53,404 nucleotides of DNA from assembly GCA_965261975.1 (NCBI GenBank), contig CBDHEC010000025.1, positions 1 through 53,404 on the forward strand, given 5' to 3'. The stretch comes from Alphaproteobacteria bacterium. GTDB taxonomy: Bacteria; Pseudomonadota; Alphaproteobacteria; UBA6615. The notes below the pieces were generated by a model. The model was not told the DNA's origin. It ran no database searches and saw only the letters and a list, made by a program, of their open reading frames with translations. Below, piece by piece: positions 51,100-53,404 of this stretch (the first letter of the stretch is position 1; every line of letters begins with the position of its first letter). A program made the translations under genes and the position numbers.

Positions 51100-51687
51100 A
51101 TGCGCATGCAACTGCTCGCCGCTGCCGCAATGATGATTGCGAGCGTGGTTCTGGCGGGACCGATTCAAGCGCAAGACATTGAGAAGCCGCCGGTCCCGCT
51201 GATCGCGATCATCGATGTCGACAAGATCATGAGCGAATCTCTCGCGGTCCAATCGGCAAGAAAGCAGATCGACAAAATAGCGAGCGATTTGCAACAGGAG
51301 ATCGTGTCCAAGGAAGAGAGTCTGCGGGCCGAAGAGCAGCAACTTCAGCAACAACGCGCGATATTGACACCTGAGGTCTATGGCGATCGTCGCCAGGCGC
51401 TCCAGGAACGCGCCGCGGCGTTGCAGCAGCGTGCCCGCTCGCTGCGGCAGACCCTGGATCGGGGCATGGCGCAAACCATGCAGCGCATCCAGCGCGTGCT
51501 GTTTGAGGAAGTAGGAAAGCTGTCGGAAGATCTCGGCGTTAACCTGGTCCTGCCAAGATCCCAGATTGTGGTCGCTTTGGACTCTTTTGACATCAGCGAA
51601 CCGGCACTCAAACGCCTGAACGAGCGCTTGTCAGAAATTGAAATGTCTCTTGATCGCAGGGACGAACAGAAGCCCGCGGGAAACTGA
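51100..51687 (+). CDS. skp: OmpH/Skp family periplasmic chaperone
   Basis: Signal peptide, IAIIDVDKIM, long coiled coil, DIS...LKRLN; position between bamA and lpxD. Confidence 0.88.
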   Translation: MRMQLLAAAAMMIASVVLAGPIQAQDIEKPPVPLIAIIDVDKIMSESLAVQSARKQIDKIASDLQQEIVSKEESLRAEEQQLQQQRAILTPEVYGDRRQALQERAAALQQRARSLRQTLDRGMAQTMQRIQRVLFEEVGKLSEDLGVNLVLPRSQIVVALDSFDISEPALKRLNERLSEIEMSLDRRDEQKPAGN

Positions 51688-51696
51688 TCACTCCTG

Positions 51697-52719
51697 ATGG
51701 CTGACCCGCGCTTTTTCGAGAACAAGGGCCCCCTTTCGATAGGACAGCTCGCCGAGGTTGCCGGTGCGACGTTGTCCGAGGGTGCAGATTCCGATCTGCT
51801 CATCGAAGACGTTGCGCCGCTCGATACTGCAGGTCCCGGCCATGTCAGTTTTCTCGATAACCGAAAATACATATCGACATTCGAAGCTTCGAAGGCTGCC
51901 GCTTGCATCGTATCGCCCGCGTTCGCAGACCGCGCCCCCGAAGGCATGGTTCTGTTGTTGAGTGAAACGCCTTACCGCGGATACGCGCGCATAGCGCATG
52001 CGTTTTATCCGGATGTCTCGGGCAGCGCGCAAGTTCACCCTACGGCGTTTGTTGATTCCACGGCCGTGCTGGGGGAAGGCGTTTCAGTGGGGCCCAATGC
52101 CGTCATTGAGGCTGACGTACGCGTGGAGGCAGAAGTCCGGGTTGGTGCCGGCGCGGTGCTGGGCTCAGGGGTCACCGTAGGCGCCCGAACGGTGATTGGC
52201 GCTGGTGCGAGCATTTCCCATTGCGACATTGGTGCGTCATGCGACTTACATCCCGGTGTTCGCGTCGGAACGCGTGGTTTCGGGTTCGACATGTCCGCTG
52301 AAGGTCATCTGAATGTGCCGCAACTCGGGCGCGTCATTGTTGGTGACAATGTCGAGATCGGCGCGAACTCGACAATCGATCGCGGTGCTGGTCCGGACAC
52401 CGTGATCGGCGACGGTTGCAAGATTGATAATCTGGTACAGATCGGGCACAACGTCCGCTTGGGCAAGGGCTGTGTCGTCATCGCACAGGCCGGTGTGGCC
52501 GGAAGCGCGACGCTTGAGGATTTTGTGATCCTGGCCGCGCAGTCAGGCGTAGCCGGGCACATCACGGTGGCGCCGGGAACGCAACTCGCGGCGCGCAGCG
52601 GACTGATGCGTGACTCCGAGCCCGGGGCTAAGTTGGCGGGAAATCCGGCCATCCCGGCCAAGGAATATTTCCGCCAGATGGCCGTACTTGCCAAGGTCAC
52701 GAAGGACCGTGGTCGCTAG
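51697..52719 (+). CDS. lpxD: UDP-3-O-(3-hydroxymyristoyl)glucosamine N-acyltransferase
   Basis: MADPRFF start, hexapeptide repeats, [31 protein letters not shown]. Confidence 0.97.
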   Translation: MADPRFFENKGPLSIGQLAEVAGATLSEGADSDLLIEDVAPLDTAGPGHVSFLDNRKYISTFEASKAAACIVSPAFADRAPEGMVLLLSETPYRGYARIAHAFYPDVSGSAQVHPTAFVDSTAVLGEGVSVGPNAVIEADVRVEAEVRVGAGAVLGSGVTVGARTVIGAGASISHCDIGASCDLHPGVRVGTRGFGFDMSAEGHLNVPQLGRVIVGDNVEIGANSTIDRGAGPDTVIGDGCKIDNLVQIGHNVRLGKGCVVIAQAGVAGSATLEDFVILAAQSGVAGHITVAPGTQLAARSGLMRDSEPGAKLAGNPAIPAKEYFRQMAVLAKVTKDRGR

Positions 52720-52748
52720 ATTTTGACGAAACTTGCCGGTTAGTGAAT

Positions 52749-53231
52749 ATGGATACGAAACTCGATCACTCCCAAATGAATGAGAACGCCCGCGAGGCGG
52801 TCGATATCCTCGAGGTAATGGAGATGATCCCGCATCGTCAGCCATTCCTCATGATTGATCGCGTTGAGGATATCGTTATTCGCCAGAGTGCGACGGGTAT
52901 CAAGAACGTCACGATCAACGAGCCCTTTTTCCTCGGCCATTTTCCGGTCCGGCCGGTCATGCCCGGCGTTCTGATTATCGAGGCGATGGCCCAGACAGCC
53001 GCGGTACTGGTCGTGGAGACCCTGGGCGAAGAAGCGCTTGGCAAGCTCGTCTATTTCATGACCATCGACAGCGCGCGATTCCGCAAGCCGGTGGTGCCGG
53101 GCGATCAGTTGAAACTGTTCGTCTCCATTCAACGCAACCGCGCGAACGTGTGGAAGTTCAGCGGCGAGGCAAAGGTGGGTGACACCGTCGTCGCCCAGGC
53201 GACCTATTCCGCGATGATTATGGATTCCTAG
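52749..53231 (+). CDS. fabZ: 3-hydroxyacyl-ACP dehydratase FabZ
   Basis: [48 protein letters not shown]; start could be 52743, 52749 or 52776. Confidence 0.96.
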   Translation: MDTKLDHSQMNENAREAVDILEVMEMIPHRQPFLMIDRVEDIVIRQSATGIKNVTINEPFFLGHFPVRPVMPGVLIIEAMAQTAAVLVVETLGEEALGKLVYFMTIDSARFRKPVVPGDQLKLFVSIQRNRANVWKFSGEAKVGDTVVAQATYSAMIMDS

Positions 53232-53404
53232 ATGAGCGACATTCACCCCACTGCGGTGATCGAGGACGGGGCGAGCCTCGGAACTGATGTTCAGATAGGT
53301 CCATACTGCGTCGTCGGCAGCGAGGTCACGCTCGGAGACGGCGCTAAGCTCCTCAGTCACGTGGTTGTCGGTGGCCGAACGGAGATCGGAGCGGAAACCG
53401 AGAT
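53232..53404 (+). CDS. lpxA: Acyl-ACP--UDP-N-acetylglucosamine O-acyltransferase (5' part; truncated by window edge)
   Basis: [53 protein letters not shown] hexapeptide repeats, directly after fabZ. Confidence 0.95.
   Translation, partial: MSDIHPTAVIEDGASLGTDVQIGPYCVVGSEVTLGDGAKLLSHVVVGGRTEIGAETE

Overview
High-GC alphaproteobacterial chromosome segment (gene order resembles Rhodospirillales; this is inference) made mostly of conserved core genes: clpX (partial)-lon-hupB-tRNA-Val, then tRNA-Asp-nuoABCDEFGHIJKLMN-birA-coaX-rnj-mce-DUF1467, then proS-lolC/E-lolD-dnaE, then rpsB-tsf-pyrH-frr-uppS-cdsA-dxr-rseP-bamA-skp-lpxD-fabZ-lpxA (partial). Three accessory blocks interrupt this backbone. 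(1) A ~6.3 kb, six-gene redox/hydrolase cluster between tRNA-Val and tRNA-Asp: a Zn-free MDR reductase, an SDR, a tandem OsmC-like protein with only one Cys pair, a luciferase-like monooxygenase, a class II aldolase-like protein and an HSL-family esterase. This is the best candidate for an undescribed catabolic pathway. (2) chrA, tag, an NCS2 purine permease with an NtrC-like box, a small exported protein and a membrane class III cyclase between DUF1467 and proS. (3) A tandem pair of paralogous small cupins between dnaE and rpsB. nuoL and nuoM carry a dense cluster of single-base indels, and hupB and the MDR gene have one each; these are most likely sequencing or assembly errors. I found no CRISPR array, integrase, transposase, prophage or recognisable defence system. 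All family calls come from motif recognition by eye, not from database searches.
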